Source of the DNA: an uncultured Actinomycetes bacterium
GTDB taxonomy: Bacteria; Actinomycetota; UBA4738; HRBIN12
Assembly: GCA_963780015.1 (NCBI GenBank)
Contig: CAWAAO010000014.1
Coordinates: forward strand, 269,336-333,335
DNA length: 64,000 nt
Direction of reading: 5' to 3'
The stretch's first letter is position 1, and each line of letters opens with the position of its first letter. Both the position numbers and the translations under genes were made by a program. Positions 21,213 to 31,828 of the stretch are shown piece after piece. Under the pieces are notes generated by a model. The model saw only the letters and a program-made list of their open reading frames with translations. It did not search any database and was not told the origin of the DNA.

Positions 21213-23039
21213 ATGCACGGCGATCTGGCCGGCGCGAGTGTATCAAGGGGAGGGATCGCGGCCGCTCTGTATCCTCCTGCCGTGCTCGATGCCGCAACCT
21301 CTTGGTGTCGCGCCCGCGGGCCGGTGACGCGAGCCTTCGGCGCGTTCCTTCTGTTCCTGACGACCTCGATCCTGGTGTTCGCGCTACCGGTGATGCCGCA
21401 CCTGGCGTCCCGCTGTGTCGCCTCGTGTCTGTCCGACACGGCGCTGTACGCGTGGTCGTTCGACTACATGGCGCACGTCGTCACCGCGGGGTTCGATCCG
21501 CTGCACGCGACCGTCGTGTGGGCGCCGGGTGGCGTCGATCTGGCGTGGGTCACCACGCTCACCGGCCCGGCCCTGCTGATGACCCCGTTCACCACCTGGA
21601 TCGACCCCATCTTCTCGGTCAACGTCTTGATGCTGCTGGCGCCCGCGCTGGCGGCCTGGGCGACCTACCTCGTGTGCGTGCGCGTGACGCAGCGGTTCTG
21701 GCCGTCGGTGATGGGCGGGTTCGTCTTCGGGTTCTCGACCTACCTGAGCCAGCACATGCGGGCGCACCTGAATCTGGTGCTGATCTTCTTCCTGCCCTTG
21801 GCGGTCTACCTGGTGCTGCGGCGCATCCAGCGCGACATCGCGCCGTGGGTGTTCGTGCTGCTGCTGGGGATCGATATCGCCGCGCAGTTCACCGTGTCGA
21901 CGGAGCTCGCCGCGACGACGGCGATGTTCGGCGGGATCGCGCTGATCGGCGCGTTCGCCTTCGGTGGTCGCGCCCTCCGCGGTCCGATCGTGCGCACGAC
22001 GTTGCTGATCGGGCTTTCCTACGTGCTGGCCGCGTTGCTGCTCGCGCCGATCCTCGTGTCCGCGTTCCGACATCCGCCGCCCGATGTCTTCCGCGATCCG
22101 ACGCTGAACTCCGTCGACGTCTGGAGCATCGTGGTCCCGCCGCCCACGGCGCGGTTCGGCGGGGAGACGTTCTCCTCCGTGTCCAAGACGTTCCCCAGCC
22201 TGCCGCAGGACGACACCGCCTACATCGGGCTCGGGCTGCTGCTCGTGGTCGTGCTGTTCGCGATCCAGCGCCGGAAGGAGCGCGCGACCTGGCTGCTCGT
22301 GGGTTTCTTCGTCTTGATCGTCGTGCTTGCGCTGGGCCCGACGATCTTCGTGGGCGGCGAGCCGACCGTGACCGGTCCGCAGTCGTTGATCGGCAGGCTT
22401 CCGCTGATCCAGCACGCGCTGCCCGAGCGATATCCCGCGTACGCCTCGCTCACGCTGGCCGTCATCGTCGCCATGTGGCTGGCGGGCCCCCGACGTCGGG
22501 AACCCGACGCCGATTCCGCGACGCTCGCACGCGGATCGTCCGCGTGGCGCTACGGACTGGTCACGCTCGGGGTCGTGATGCTCTCGATCAATCTGTCTGC
22601 CGAGCCCCACTACCACCAGCTGTTCGCCGGCCCCGACTCGGTGCCCGCGTTCTTCACGGAGGGCACGTACCGCGACTACCTCGCGCCGGGCGACACGATC
22701 CTCGCGGTGCCCGCGGAGCTGGGGGAGGAGTTGTCGTGGCAGAGCGCCACCGACATGACGATCCGTCTCGCGCGCGCCTACGTCGGCCCGGTGCACCCGA
22801 GCGGACACGAGCAGGCCGGCCTGCTCGAGCCGGTCAGCCAGCCGAACGCGAAGGTGCCCGGCGACGCCGCGCTGACGTACTTCCTCGACCAGCGCGATGT
22901 CGACGCGGTCGTCGTCCAGGAGCCCGTGGCGCCGCAGTGGTCGTCGGTCCTGACCGAGGCCACCGGGGCGCAGCCGGTCTCCGTGGACGGTGTGTCGATC
23001 TGGCGGCTTCCCCCCGCCGGTGCGCTGAGCGCCGGATAA
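21213..23039 (+). CDS. polytopic membrane protein with large C-terminal extracytoplasmic domain (GT-C-like glycosyltransferase suspected)
   Basis: Intact frame with at least 10 hydrophobic helices. The start is moved to ATG 21213 because the track start 21093 overlaps tRNA-Glu. It lies immediately upstream of phosphoesterase paralog 2. Confidence 0.55.
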   Translation: MHGDLAGASVSRGGIAAALYPPAVLDAATSWCRARGPVTRAFGAFLLFLTTSILVFALPVMPHLASRCVASCLSDTALYAWSFDYMAHVVTAGFDPLHATVVWAPGGVDLAWVTTLTGPALLMTPFTTWIDPIFSVNVLMLLAPALAAWATYLVCVRVTQRFWPSVMGGFVFGFSTYLSQHMRAHLNLVLIFFLPLAVYLVLRRIQRDIAPWVFVLLLGIDIAAQFTVSTELAATTAMFGGIALIGAFAFGGRALRGPIVRTTLLIGLSYVLAALLLAPILVSAFRHPPPDVFRDPTLNSVDVWSIVVPPPTARFGGETFSSVSKTFPSLPQDDTAYIGLGLLLVVVLFAIQRRKERATWLLVGFFVLIVVLALGPTIFVGGEPTVTGPQSLIGRLPLIQHALPERYPAYASLTLAVIVAMWLAGPRRREPDADSATLARGSSAWRYGLVTLGVVMLSINLSAEPHYHQLFAGPDSVPAFFTEGTYRDYLAPGDTILAVPAELGEELSWQSATDMTIRLARAYVGPVHPSGHEQAGLLEPVSQPNAKVPGDAALTYFLDQRDVDAVVVQEPVAPQWSSVLTEATGAQPVSVDGVSIWRLPPAGALSAG

Positions 23040-23046
23040 CCGCTGG

Positions 23047-23052
23047 TAGCCT
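23047..23052 (+). promoter_or_regulatory. -10-like hexamer placed for a leaderless transcript
   Basis: GGTAGCCT, 8 nt before ATG 23061. Confidence 0.35.
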
Positions 23053-23060
23053 CGCCGACG

Positions 23061-24464
23061 ATGAAGCATCCCCGTCCGCGACCCGTGGTGCGCCTCGCGC
23101 TTGCGGCGGTCGCGCTCACGGTCGTCGCGGTGGCGTGCACGCTGCACGACGACGCCACGGTGTCGACCACACCCGCGCCGCTCGAGATCGACTGGCCGGG
23201 TCCGCGGATGACGGCACCGCTGCCCGCCGCCGTCAACGCGGGGGCGTTCAAGACGCGAACGCCGATCAAGCACGTGGTGTTCATCATCAAGGAGAACCGG
23301 AGCTTCGATAACCTCTTCGGCCGCTTCCCCGGTGCGAACGGCGTGACCGTCGGCATGCGAGACGGGCAGGAGGTGCCGCTCACCCCGGCCAGCTCCGGTC
23401 GCAGCGTCGACATCCCGCACTGCCGTGAGTGCTCGATCGAATCGATCAACGGCGGCAAGATGGACGGGTTCGGCGACATGGTGCACGGCGACTACGCCTA
23501 CACGCAGTTCCGCCCGCAGGATGCGCCCAACTACTTCACGTGGGCGAAGCATTTCGTCCTGAACGACAACTTCTTCGCGTCGGCGCTGGGGCCGTCGTTC
23601 CCGAACCACCTGTACACGATCGCGGCGCAGTCCGGCGGGGCGTACGCGAACCCCCGTCAGGACTTCCAGTCGATGCTGGCCAACGCCGCCGCGGGCCAGA
23701 CCAAGTCGTGGGGCTGCGACATCGCACAGCCCGCCTACGTCGACGTCTTCGGCCCCGAGGGCGAGACGCTCGAGCTCCAGCCGTGCTTCGACTTCAAGAC
23801 CGAGGGCGATCTGCTGCGCGAACACGACATCCCGTGGACCTACTACGCGGCGACGAACAATCAGCTGGGCTACATCTGGTCGGCGTACTCCGCGATCGGC
23901 CGCTATCGCAACGACCCGGCGATGTGGGACGAGTACATCCGACCGGTGGACGACCTCGTCCGCGACGCGAAGCAGAACCGGCTGCCGCCCGTGACCTGGG
24001 TGACGCCGCGCTTCGCCCTGTCCGAGCACCCCGACTACAACTTCTGTTACGGCGAGAACTGGACCACCCAGGTCGTGAACGCGATCATGGCCAGCCCCGA
24101 GTGGAAGAGCACCGCGATCTTCATCACCTGGGACGACTACGGCGGTTTCTACGACCACGTGCCGCCGCGCGAGGTCGACATGATGGGCTTCGGGATCCGG
24201 GTGCCGATGCTGATGATCTCGCCGTACGCGAAGACCGGCTACATCGACCACACGGAGGGGGAGTTCTCCTCGGTGTTGCGCTTCATCGAGGACAACTGGG
24301 GGCTCACGCAGCTGACGGCGCGGGATCGCAACGCCGACAACCTCAGCGAGGCGTTCGACTTCTCCCAGGCGCCGCGACCGCCCGATCCGCTGCCGGAGCG
24401 CACCGATTGCCGCGGACCGATCTGGCAGCCCACCGCCGTGACCGGCGAGAACGCCGCGGGCTAG
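23061..24464 (+). CDS. phosphoesterase family lipoprotein (phospholipase C / acid phosphatase), paralog 2
   Basis: Intact 467 aa with lipobox VVAVAC. Motifs FIIKENRSFDNLFGRFPGANG, NGGKMDGF and TWDDYGGFYDHVPP. Confidence 0.85.
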   Translation: MKHPRPRPVVRLALAAVALTVVAVACTLHDDATVSTTPAPLEIDWPGPRMTAPLPAAVNAGAFKTRTPIKHVVFIIKENRSFDNLFGRFPGANGVTVGMRDGQEVPLTPASSGRSVDIPHCRECSIESINGGKMDGFGDMVHGDYAYTQFRPQDAPNYFTWAKHFVLNDNFFASALGPSFPNHLYTIAAQSGGAYANPRQDFQSMLANAAAGQTKSWGCDIAQPAYVDVFGPEGETLELQPCFDFKTEGDLLREHDIPWTYYAATNNQLGYIWSAYSAIGRYRNDPAMWDEYIRPVDDLVRDAKQNRLPPVTWVTPRFALSEHPDYNFCYGENWTTQVVNAIMASPEWKSTAIFITWDDYGGFYDHVPPREVDMMGFGIRVPMLMISPYAKTGYIDHTEGEFSSVLRFIEDNWGLTQLTARDRNADNLSEAFDFSQAPRPPDPLPERTDCRGPIWQPTAVTGENAAG

Positions 24465-25907
24465 TTCTCGCCCTGGTCGCGGGTGAAGCCGAGCTCCCCG
24501 TCGAATTCCTGCAGCTTCTCGATGTGCATCCAGCGGTGCCGCCGGCTGATCTTCACCAGCAGCTGGTTCACGTCCTCGTCGGGCAGGTCACCCGGGTGAC
24601 TGCTTGATGATGAACCGGCAGCGGAAGTGATCGCCCGTCTCGGTCATCGCGCCCGTCGGCGGGAAGACCTTCGTGCCGCGTGAACTGATCATCTTCAACG
24701 ACAGCTGCGTGTCCTGGGTGAGCTCCATGAGCGAGGCCCCGAGCTCGCCGGCGGACAGCGGGGACTCGACGAACACGTCGAGGCCGACGACGTTGCGCGA
24801 CGCGGGACGCACGTAGTCGGGCGCGGCGTCCAACACCGGCAGGACCAGGGGCTTGGCTTCCCGGATCGTCCACGTCTCGGTGCGCTTGCCCAGGTTGCCG
24901 ATGATCGCGTTGGTGTAGGCCGAGGTCGATGTGCCGCGGTCGTAGCCGACAACGTCGCCCGTCAGCACCCCCGACTCCAGCGTCACGAACACCGCGTGCT
25001 CGATGGCCGAGGCCTGCTCGAACAGTCCGAGGTAGCGCAGCATCAGCACCGACGACAGGATCATCGCGGTCGGGTTGATCACGTCCTTGCCGGCGTACTT
25101 CGGTGCGGACCCGTGCACGGCTTCGAAGATCGCGACCTCGTTGCCGATGTTGGCGCTCGGCGCGAACCCGAGCCCACCGATCAACGCGCTCGTCAGGTCG
25201 GACAGGATGTCGCCGTTCATGTTCGTCGTGACGAGCACATCGAACTGCTCGGGACGCTTCACCAACTGGTGCGCCGCGTTGTCGACGATGACGTGCCAGG
25301 ACTCCATCTCGGGATAGTCGGGCGCGACCCGTTCGAAGGCGCGCTTCATCGTGCCCTCGGAGAACTTCATGATGTTGGCTTTGGTGGCGCACGCAACCTG
25401 CGTGCGGCCCTCCGAGCGGGCGTACTCGAACGCGAACCGCGCGATCTTCTCCGAGCCTTTGACGCTGATCAGCTTGAGCGCCTGTGCGACCCCCGGCGTC
25501 TGCATGTACTCGATCCCCGCGTAGAGGTCCTCGACGTTCTCGCGGACCACGACGAGGTCGATGCCCCGGCCCGAGTACGGCGTGCGTACGCCCGGCATCT
25601 CCCGCACGGGCCGCACGTTCGCGTACGTCTCATAGAGCTTGCGCAGCGTCACGTTCGCCGATTTCTCGCCGAATCCGACGGGCGTCTCCAGGGGACCCTT
25701 CAGCGCGACGCGGGTGCGCGCGATCGAGTCCATCGTGTCCTGCGGGACGCCGCTGGGCAGCCCCGCCTTGAAGACCTCGGCGCCGGCCTCGTGCTCCTCC
25801 CACTCGATCCCGGCGCCGGCGGCCTCGATGATGCGCCGCGCAGCGTCCACCACCTCGGGGCCGATCCCGTCGCCGGGGATCAGGGTGACCGGGATCTTGT
25901 CGCTCAC
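24461..25907 (-). CDS. icd: isocitrate dehydrogenase (IDH/IPMDH superfamily, long form with extra C-terminal domain), +1 disruption near 24595
   Basis: GTG 25907 is preceded by AGGAGGA. Motifs LIPGDGIGPEV, VVVRENVEDLYAG and TTNMNGDILSD. After ...FIIKQS the reading continues in the next frame as PGDLPDEDVNQLLVKISRRHRWMHIEKLQEFDGELGFTRDQGEN*. Confidence 0.8.
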
Positions 25908-26011
25908 TTCATCCTCCTGTTGGGCGGCGGGCCGAGCCGCGGAGCCACCATCGTAGCCGCGCGCGTTCATGGCGAACTCGTGGCGGTCCCGGTCGGCCCG
26001 GTCGCGGCCGG

Positions 26012-26017
26012 TAGCAT
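26012..26017 (+). promoter_or_regulatory. -10-like hexamer placed for a leaderless transcript
   Basis: GGTAGCAT, 6 nt before ATG 26024. Confidence 0.35.
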
Positions 26018-27733
26018 GTGGCGATGCCCGCACGTCCTTCCCTCCTCGCGCGCGCGCTCGCCCTGATGGCGATCGCGGGGATCGTGGCGGTGGCGTGCAC
26101 CACGGGCGACACGACGACGCCGTCGGCATCTCCCGATCAGGGCACGACGTCAACCTCGACGGGCACCCCGCCGCCGGAGGTCTCGACCTGGCCCGAAGGG
26201 GCGCTGCCACCGGATCCGAACGCCGCCCCGTCCGGCGTCGACCTCCGCCCGCTCAAGGATCCGCCGGCGCATCGCCCGCCCGATGACGACAGCGCGCCGA
26301 TCGTGCCCTCGAAGGGGATCGACAACATCAACCATCTGGTGTTCATCGTGATGGAGAACCGGTCCTTCGATCACTACTTCGGGACCTATCCCGGTGCCGA
26401 CGGCATCCCGATGAACGCGAGTGGCAAGCCCACGACGTGTCAGCCCGACTACACGGTCGGCCCGTCCGGTCACGCCGACGGCCACCCGGTCCCCACCGGC
26501 CGCTGCGACTACCCGTATCACGACACGAACTTCATCGATCAGGGCGGTCCGCACGGGCACATCGCCTCGACGATCTCCTACGCCGACGGCGCGATGAACG
26601 GGTTCGTGAAGGCGCTCGCCTCACAGGGGAACGGGTGCATGCTGCATCCGACGACCGACCCGTGCCCGCAGGCCACCGACGGTCCGCAGGGGCAGCCGGA
26701 CATCATGGGGTTCAAGACGCGCCGGGAGATCCCGAACTACTGGGCCTACGCGGACCACTACTCGTTGTTCGACCACATGTTCGCGCCGGTCGACTCCTGG
26801 ACGCTGCCCTCCCACCTCTACCTGATCTCCGGCTGGTCGGCCTACTGCCCCGACCTGCAGGATCCGATGAGCTGCGACCCCGAGGTCGTCTTCCACGGGG
26901 ACCCGAAGTTCCACGATCAGTGGCCGGGTGCGACCTGGCGTGCGGAGGACGCGACGAAGTACCCGCGGCCCTACATCTGGGCGCCGGTGACCTGGCTGCT
27001 GTACCAGCAGGGCGTCAGCTGGGGGTATTTCGTCGGCGAAGGATCATGCATCACGCCGCCGTGCAGCGGCCTCAACGGGCCGAAGACCGCGGACGTGCAG
27101 AACCCGCTGCCCGGGTTCCTCGCGACACAGGCGACCGGGCAGTTCGCGAACATCCGACCGAACAACGACTTCTTCGCGATGGCCGAGCAGGGGAACCTTC
27201 CCTCGGTCTCCTGGGTCGTGCCGGTCAAGGATGCGGGCGATCATCCGCCCGACGACATCTCGCTCGGGCAGGCATACGTCACGAAGCTGATCAACGCCGT
27301 GATGCGCGGCCCGAAGGATCAGTGGAACCACACGGCGATCTTCGTGACGTGGGACGACTGGGGCGGCTTCTACGACCATGTGACGCCGCCGCAGTCGATC
27401 AACGGTCTGTCCGGCGACAACTACGGCTTCCGTGTTCCCGCGTTCATGGTGAGCCCGTGGGCGAAGCCCGGCTACATCGATCACCAGACGCTCAGCTTCG
27501 ACGCGTTCCTGCGACTGGTCGAGGACCGGTTCCTCGGGGGGCAGCGGCTCGATCCACTGACGGACGGGTGGCCGGATACCCGCCCCGGCATCCGCGAGGA
27601 GGCACCGCAGCTGCATCTGCTCGACAACGCCTTCGACTTCAACGGGAAGCCGCGGAAGCCCTTGTTCCTCGACCCGATGCCGGGCTACAAGGGGGCTAGC
27701 GATCGCGCTACGCGAGCGGCTTGGAGAAGATGA
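26018..27733 (+). CDS. phosphoesterase family lipoprotein (phospholipase C / acid phosphatase), paralog 3
   Basis: Intact 571 aa with lipobox IVAVAC. Motifs [44 protein letters not shown] and [15 protein letters not shown] 26024 is an alternative (leaderless) start. Confidence 0.85.
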   Translation: MAMPARPSLLARALALMAIAGIVAVACTTGDTTTPSASPDQGTTSTSTGTPPPEVSTWPEGALPPDPNAAPSGVDLRPLKDPPAHRPPDDDSAPIVPSKGIDNINHLVFIVMENRSFDHYFGTYPGADGIPMNASGKPTTCQPDYTVGPSGHADGHPVPTGRCDYPYHDTNFIDQGGPHGHIASTISYADGAMNGFVKALASQGNGCMLHPTTDPCPQATDGPQGQPDIMGFKTRREIPNYWAYADHYSLFDHMFAPVDSWTLPSHLYLISGWSAYCPDLQDPMSCDPEVVFHGDPKFHDQWPGATWRAEDATKYPRPYIWAPVTWLLYQQGVSWGYFVGEGSCITPPCSGLNGPKTADVQNPLPGFLATQATGQFANIRPNNDFFAMAEQGNLPSVSWVVPVKDAGDHPPDDISLGQAYVTKLINAVMRGPKDQWNHTAIFVTWDDWGGFYDHVTPPQSINGLSGDNYGFRVPAFMVSPWAKPGYIDHQTLSFDAFLRLVEDRFLGGQRLDPLTDGWPDTRPGIREEAPQLHLLDNAFDFNGKPRKPLFLDPMPGYKGASDRATRAAWRR

Positions 27734-27751
27734 TCACGTCGTGCGTCGCGT

Positions 27752-27796
27752 GCTCGATGCGCATCGAGCGCAGGATACCGAGGCATCGCGCCTCGG
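27752..27796. terminator. two adjacent GC-rich hairpins between convergent paralog-3 gene and tRNA-Gln
   Basis: GCTCGAT-gcgc-ATCGAGC (27752-27769) and CCGAGGC-atcgc-GCCTCGG (27778-27796). There is no U-tract. Confidence 0.3.
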
Positions 27797-27811
27797 TCGT
27801 TGCGGGAACAC

Positions 27812-27885
27812 TGGCTGGCCCGCCTGGATTCGAACCAAGACTAACTGATCCAGAGTCAGTCGTGCTGCCGTTACACCACGGGCCA
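27812..27885 (-). tRNA. tRNA-Gln (anticodon CUG), CCA encoded
   Basis: The reverse complement is TGGCCCGTGGTGTAACGGCAGCACGACTGACTCTGGATCAGTTAGTCTTGGTTCGAATCCAGGCGGGCCAGCCA. It has the U1-A72 pair typical of tRNA-Gln and anticodon loop CTCTGGA. Confidence 0.9.
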
Positions 27886-27935
27886 TCGGTGCCCGAGCAC
27901 TGTAACAAGCCACGCTGTGGATGCCCGGAAGCGGT

Positions 27936-27965
27936 TTGACCGCGGTCATGGGGGAGAGGTAGCGT
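27936..27965 (+). promoter_or_regulatory. candidate sigma-70-type promoter of hup
   Basis: TTGACC (27936-41), an 18-nt spacer, then TAGCGT (27960-65). A ~33-nt leader with GGGGGGA SD precedes ATG 27999. Confidence 0.3.
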
Positions 27966-27998
27966 GGCAAGGGTTTCCAAGGACGGGGGGACGGCGGT

Positions 27999-28280
27999 AT
28001 GAACAAGGGCGGCTTGGTTGCAGAGGTTGCGAAGCGCACAGGTGTGTCGAAGGCGGAGGTCGCCCGGGTCGTAGACGCCTCGATCGACGTGATCCGCGAA
28101 ACCGTGGTCGGCGGTGAGCGCGTGACGCTGGCGGACTTCGGCACGTTCGAACGCAAGCATCGCAACGAGCGCATCGCGCGCAACCCACGCAAGCCCGACG
28201 TCCCGATCGTCGTGCCGGCTCGTGACCTTCCCTCGTTCACCGCCGGCAAGGAGTTCCGCGCCCAGGTCCTGGGCGAGTAG
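27999..28280 (+). CDS. hup: HU family DNA-binding protein
   Basis: Intact 93 aa. FGTFERKHRNERIARNPRKP beta-arm motif. Confidence 0.9.
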   Translation: MNKGGLVAEVAKRTGVSKAEVARVVDASIDVIRETVVGGERVTLADFGTFERKHRNERIARNPRKPDVPIVVPARDLPSFTAGKEFRAQVLGE

Positions 28281-28283
28281 CGG

Positions 28284-28487
28284 CTAGAACGTCACGAGGT
28301 GCAGGCCGCGCGCCACGGAGCCGTCCTCGGCGGCCTCGACCTCGAACCGCACCCGCTGCCCGATCCGCAGCAGCAGGATCGACGGGTCGGCAAGCGACCG
28401 CTCGTCGATCGCGATCTCGGTGCGGTCATCGGTCAGCAGTGAGCCGCGGTGGCTGTCTTCGTCGTAGTGCTTGATCGTTCCCTGCAC
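28284..28487 (-). CDS. small cold-shock/S1-like beta-barrel protein (67 aa), hypothetical
   Basis: GTG follows GAGGAGGA, which abuts the cofC stop. The pattern GTIKHYDEDSHRGSLLTDD...VRFEVE resembles a CSD fold but lacks the RNP motifs. Confidence 0.4.
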   Translation of the reverse strand: MQGTIKHYDEDSHRGSLLTDDRTEIAIDERSLADPSILLLRIGQRVRFEVEAAEDGSVARGLHLVTF

Positions 28488-28498
28488 GCCGGTCCTCC

Positions 28499-29152
28499 TC
28501 AGGTCGCGCCGACGCGCGCGCCCATCCGTTCGTCGATCCGCAGGTCCCGGAGCACCGCTTTCGTGCGCGTCGTCCCCGGCCCCTCGAGCACCGTGAGGAT
28601 ATCGTTCGGGGCGTCGAGGTCGAAGCCGAGTTCGGGGCCGCCCACAACGGCGATCGGCAGGTCCGCCTCGGCGGCGGCCTCGAGGTGGCGCCGGTAGGAG
28701 TCCGGCCCGAACCGCGCCTCGATCGCGCGAGGGGGTCGGCGCAGCAACAGATTCGTACCGCGCTCGTCCGTCGAGGGCGCCACCACCACCGGGCCGAGCG
28801 TGTGCAGGGCGCGCGTGAGCGCTCCGGCGGTCACCAGCGGCGTATCGGGGAGCACCACGGCGAGCGCGTCGGCGCCGCGCCCGAGGGCCTCGTCCTCCGC
28901 CTGGTGGATCGCCGCGGCCAGCGGCGGCTCGTCCTCGGTGATCGCCCGGGCGCCACGACCGGCGGCGACCTCGAGGACGGCCTCGTCGGGTGAGAGCACC
29001 CACGTGTCCCACCCGGGCACGACGAGCGCCGCGTCGAGCACGTCCTCGAGCATGGCGAGGGTGAGCGCCGCGCGCTCGAGAGGGGCGAGCACCGAGCCGA
29101 GCCGGATCTTGGCGTCTTCGAGTCGCTTCACGGGCAGGACGATCGCGCGCAC
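28499..29152 (-). CDS. cofC: 2-phospho-L-lactate / phosphoenolpyruvate guanylyltransferase (F420 biosynthesis)
   Basis: Intact 217 aa. Motifs AIVLPVKRLEDAKIRL, VLPDTPLVT and TDERGTNLL are typical of CofC/FbiD. Confidence 0.75.
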   Translation of the reverse strand: MRAIVLPVKRLEDAKIRLGSVLAPLERAALTLAMLEDVLDAALVVPGWDTWVLSPDEAVLEVAAGRGARAITEDEPPLAAAIHQAEDEALGRGADALAVVLPDTPLVTAGALTRALHTLGPVVVAPSTDERGTNLLLRRPPRAIEARFGPDSYRRHLEAAAEADLPIAVVGGPELGFDLDAPNDILTVLEGPGTTRTKAVLRDLRIDERMGARVGAT

Positions 29153-29208
29153 ACGGTCAGACTAGCCCAGGCGGTGCGGTAGCCTCACGGGCTCCGAGGT
29201 CTCGCGAG

Positions 29209-29928
29209 GTGTCCCACACGATGACGAGCGTCAACACCGCGCCGATCGACCGGCGGGAGCCGTGGTTCCAGGCGATCCGCTGGACGGTGTTCCCCCTGCT
29301 GCGCCTGTGGTTCCGGTGGCGGTTCGACGGGCTCGAGCGGATCCCGCTGCGGGGCCCCGCGATCATCGCCTGCAACCACGCGTCCTATCTCGACCCACTC
29401 GCCAACGCGTACGCGGTCGTGCGCGCCGGCCGGCGCCCGCGTTTCCTCGCCAAACAGGATCTGTTCCGCGCGCCCGGCATCCGCTGGGCGATGACCGGTA
29501 CGGGGCAGATCCCCGTGGCGCGCGGCACGGGCGCCCAGGCCGCGTCGCTGGCGGCGGCGGAGCAGGCGCTCGCGAGCGATCAGATCGTCGTCGTGTATCC
29601 GGAGGGGACCGTCACGACGCGCGAGGACGGGCTTCCCATGGCGGGCAAGACGGGCACGGTTCGCCTGGCGCTTGCGACCGGCGTGCCGATCATCCCGATG
29701 GTGAGCTGGGGATCCTCGCCCGTGTGGCAGAAGTCCGGGCCCGGCTCGCTGCGACCCGGCCGACCGGTCTGGGTCCGGGTCGGCGAGCCGATCGACCTGT
29801 CCGGTCGCGCTGTGTCGGTCGAGGATCGCGACGCCGTCGCGGCCCTCACGGCCGAGCTCATGGAAGCGCTGACGCGGGAGGTCGTCCGGCTTCGCGCCTC
29901 GTATCCGGCGCGCTGGGCGGCCAGGTAG
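29209..29928 (+). CDS. lysophospholipid (1-acyl-sn-glycerol-3-phosphate) acyltransferase family
   Basis: HxxxxD motif CNHASYLDP and VVYPEGT motif. ATG 29221 is an alternative start. Confidence 0.8.
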   Translation: MSHTMTSVNTAPIDRREPWFQAIRWTVFPLLRLWFRWRFDGLERIPLRGPAIIACNHASYLDPLANAYAVVRAGRRPRFLAKQDLFRAPGIRWAMTGTGQIPVARGTGAQAASLAAAEQALASDQIVVVYPEGTVTTREDGLPMAGKTGTVRLALATGVPIIPMVSWGSSPVWQKSGPGSLRPGRPVWVRVGEPIDLSGRAVSVEDRDAVAALTAELMEALTREVVRLRASYPARWAAR

Positions 29929-29931
29929 GCT
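29926..29931 (+). promoter_or_regulatory. -10-like hexamer placed for a leaderless transcript
   Basis: GGTAGGCT, 7 nt before GTG 29939. Its TAG is the stop codon of the acyltransferase gene. Confidence 0.35.
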
Positions 29932-29938
29932 CCGACGC

Positions 29939-31074
29939 GTGAGCGAACGGCGTCGTCGCGTCGCGGTGCTGTTCGGGGGGCGCTCCTCCGAGCACGAGAT
30001 CAGCTGCCTCTCGGCGCGTTCCGTGATCGACGCGCTCGATCCGGCGACGACCGAGGTGATCCCGATCGGTATCGCCCGCGACGGGCGATGGCACGTGCTC
30101 CCCGGCCCGCCGGCGCTCCCGATCGAGTCCGGGCACATGCCCGAAGTTCTGCCGGGCGTCGGGCTTGGCGGCGCGCTTGGGCGACGACGACACGGGGACG
30201 CCGGCGCTCGAGCTCGCCGACGGGACGCGCGCAGACATCGACGTCGTGTTCCCGGTGCTGCACGGTCCACGGGGCGAGGATGGCGCGATCCAGGGTCTGC
30301 TGGAGTTGGCGGGGGTCCCCTACGTCGGCGCGAGCGTGCTCGGCAGCGCCCTCGGGATGGACAAGGCGGTGCAGAAGACGCTGTGGGCCGCCGCGGGACT
30401 CCCCGTGGTGCCGTACGTGGCCATCGCGGAACACGAGTGGCGCGACGATCCGGAGGGGGTCGCCGGGCGGGTCGCCGCACTCGGCTATCCCGTGTTCACG
30501 AAGCCCGCCTCTCTCGGCTCCTCGGTCGGGATCTCGAAGGTCGCGGATCCCTCGGCGCTGGACCGCGGCATGGAGGAGGCGTTCCGGTACGAAGGCAAGG
30601 CCGTCGTCGAGCGCGGGATCGAGCCGGTGCGCGAGATCGAGTGCGCCGTGCTGGGCAACGACGACCCCGTTGCCTCTGTCTGTGGCGAGGTCGTTCCCCG
30701 CGGCCACGCGTTCTACGACTACGACGCGAAGTACCTCGACGAGAACGGCGCCGAGCTCCGGATCCCTGCGCCGATCGCTCCGGCGCTCTCGTCGGAACTC
30801 CAGCGGCTCGCGGTCAGCGCGTTCACGCATCGTGTCGTGCGCCGGCATGGCTCGCGTCGACCTGTTCGTGCGCGACGACGAGGTGTGGATCAACGAGATC
30901 AACACGATCCCGGGTTTCACGTCGATCTCGATGTACCCGAAGCTCTGGGAGGCGAGCGGGTTGTCCTTCGCGGCGCTGGTACAACGGCTGCTCGATCTCG
31001 CGGTCGAGCGGCACGAGGCCGAACGCGCCAAGCGCATCGATGTCCAAGAGCTGCACGGGCGCGTCGACCCGTAG
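29939..31074 (+). CDS. ddl: D-alanine--D-alanine ligase, two +1 disruptions (near 30175 and 30830)
   Basis: Motifs [47 protein letters not shown] and [10 protein letters not shown] lie in three colinear frames. Confidence 0.85.
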
Positions 31075-31083
31075 AGACGGCTC

Positions 31084-31317
31084 CTACAGGTGCACGACCG
31101 GGCAGGTCAGGGTGCGCGTGATGCCTTCCACGGATTGGATCCGCGCCACGACGAGCTTCCCCAGATCGTCGACGGTCTCGGCCTCGGCCCGCACGATCAC
31201 GTCGTAGGGCCCGGTCACGTCCTCGGCCTCGGTGACGCCGGCCGTCGCACGAACCTCCGCGGCGACGGCCGCGGCCTTGCCGACCTCTGTCTGGATCAGG
31301 ATGTACGCGTGCACCAT
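31084..31317 (-). CDS. Lrp/AsnC ligand-binding-domain (stand-alone RAM) protein
   Basis: 77 aa. [14 protein letters not shown]...[12 protein letters not shown] pattern. Confidence 0.65.
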   Translation of the reverse strand: MVHAYILIQTEVGKAAAVAAEVRATAGVTEAEDVTGPYDVIVRAEAETVDDLGKLVVARIQSVEGITRTLTCPVVHL

Positions 31318-31440
31318 GGTGATGGCCCTCCTCGCCGTTGCAGGGGGCACATGCTACGGCGCCCGTGAGAGACCGCGCAACGCCGACCTCGACGCCGCGA
31401 CCCCGGCGGTGCGTGGCGGCGGCTGTGGGAAAGTGCCCTC

Positions 31441-31809
31441 GTGAATCCGGTGGAGCTCGTCGTCGCCTTCGTGTTCCTGGGGCTCGCCGTCCGGTCGGCC
31501 GTGTACTGGATGCGCCACCGACTCCAGACCGAGGACACCGCCGACGAGATGCTCTTCGCCCTGTTCGTGACCGGTCGGGTGGGCACCTGGCTGCTCGCGT
31601 CCGGGCTGTTCTTCCTGTTCGCCTCGATCACCGTCCGCGGACAGGCGTATACCGATGAGGCGAGCCGCTACTCGTGGCTGTTCATCGTGTTCCTGCTGCT
31701 CGGAGCGACGCAGCTGATCGCCGCGTGGTTCCTCGGCGCTCGCGGGCGGCGTGACGATGTCGCCGGCACGCCGGAGGCCGAGGACGAGCCTCGGCCTCCG
31801 GTCCCGTAA
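31441..31809 (+). CDS. hypothetical membrane protein (3-4 TM)
   Basis: Intact 122 aa with high GC3 and hydrophobic helices. No family recognised. Confidence 0.45.
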   Translation: MNPVELVVAFVFLGLAVRSAVYWMRHRLQTEDTADEMLFALFVTGRVGTWLLASGLFFLFASITVRGQAYTDEASRYSWLFIVFLLLGATQLIAAWFLGARGRRDDVAGTPEAEDEPRPPVP

Positions 31810-31828
31810 CGGATGTCTCGGTGGGGTG

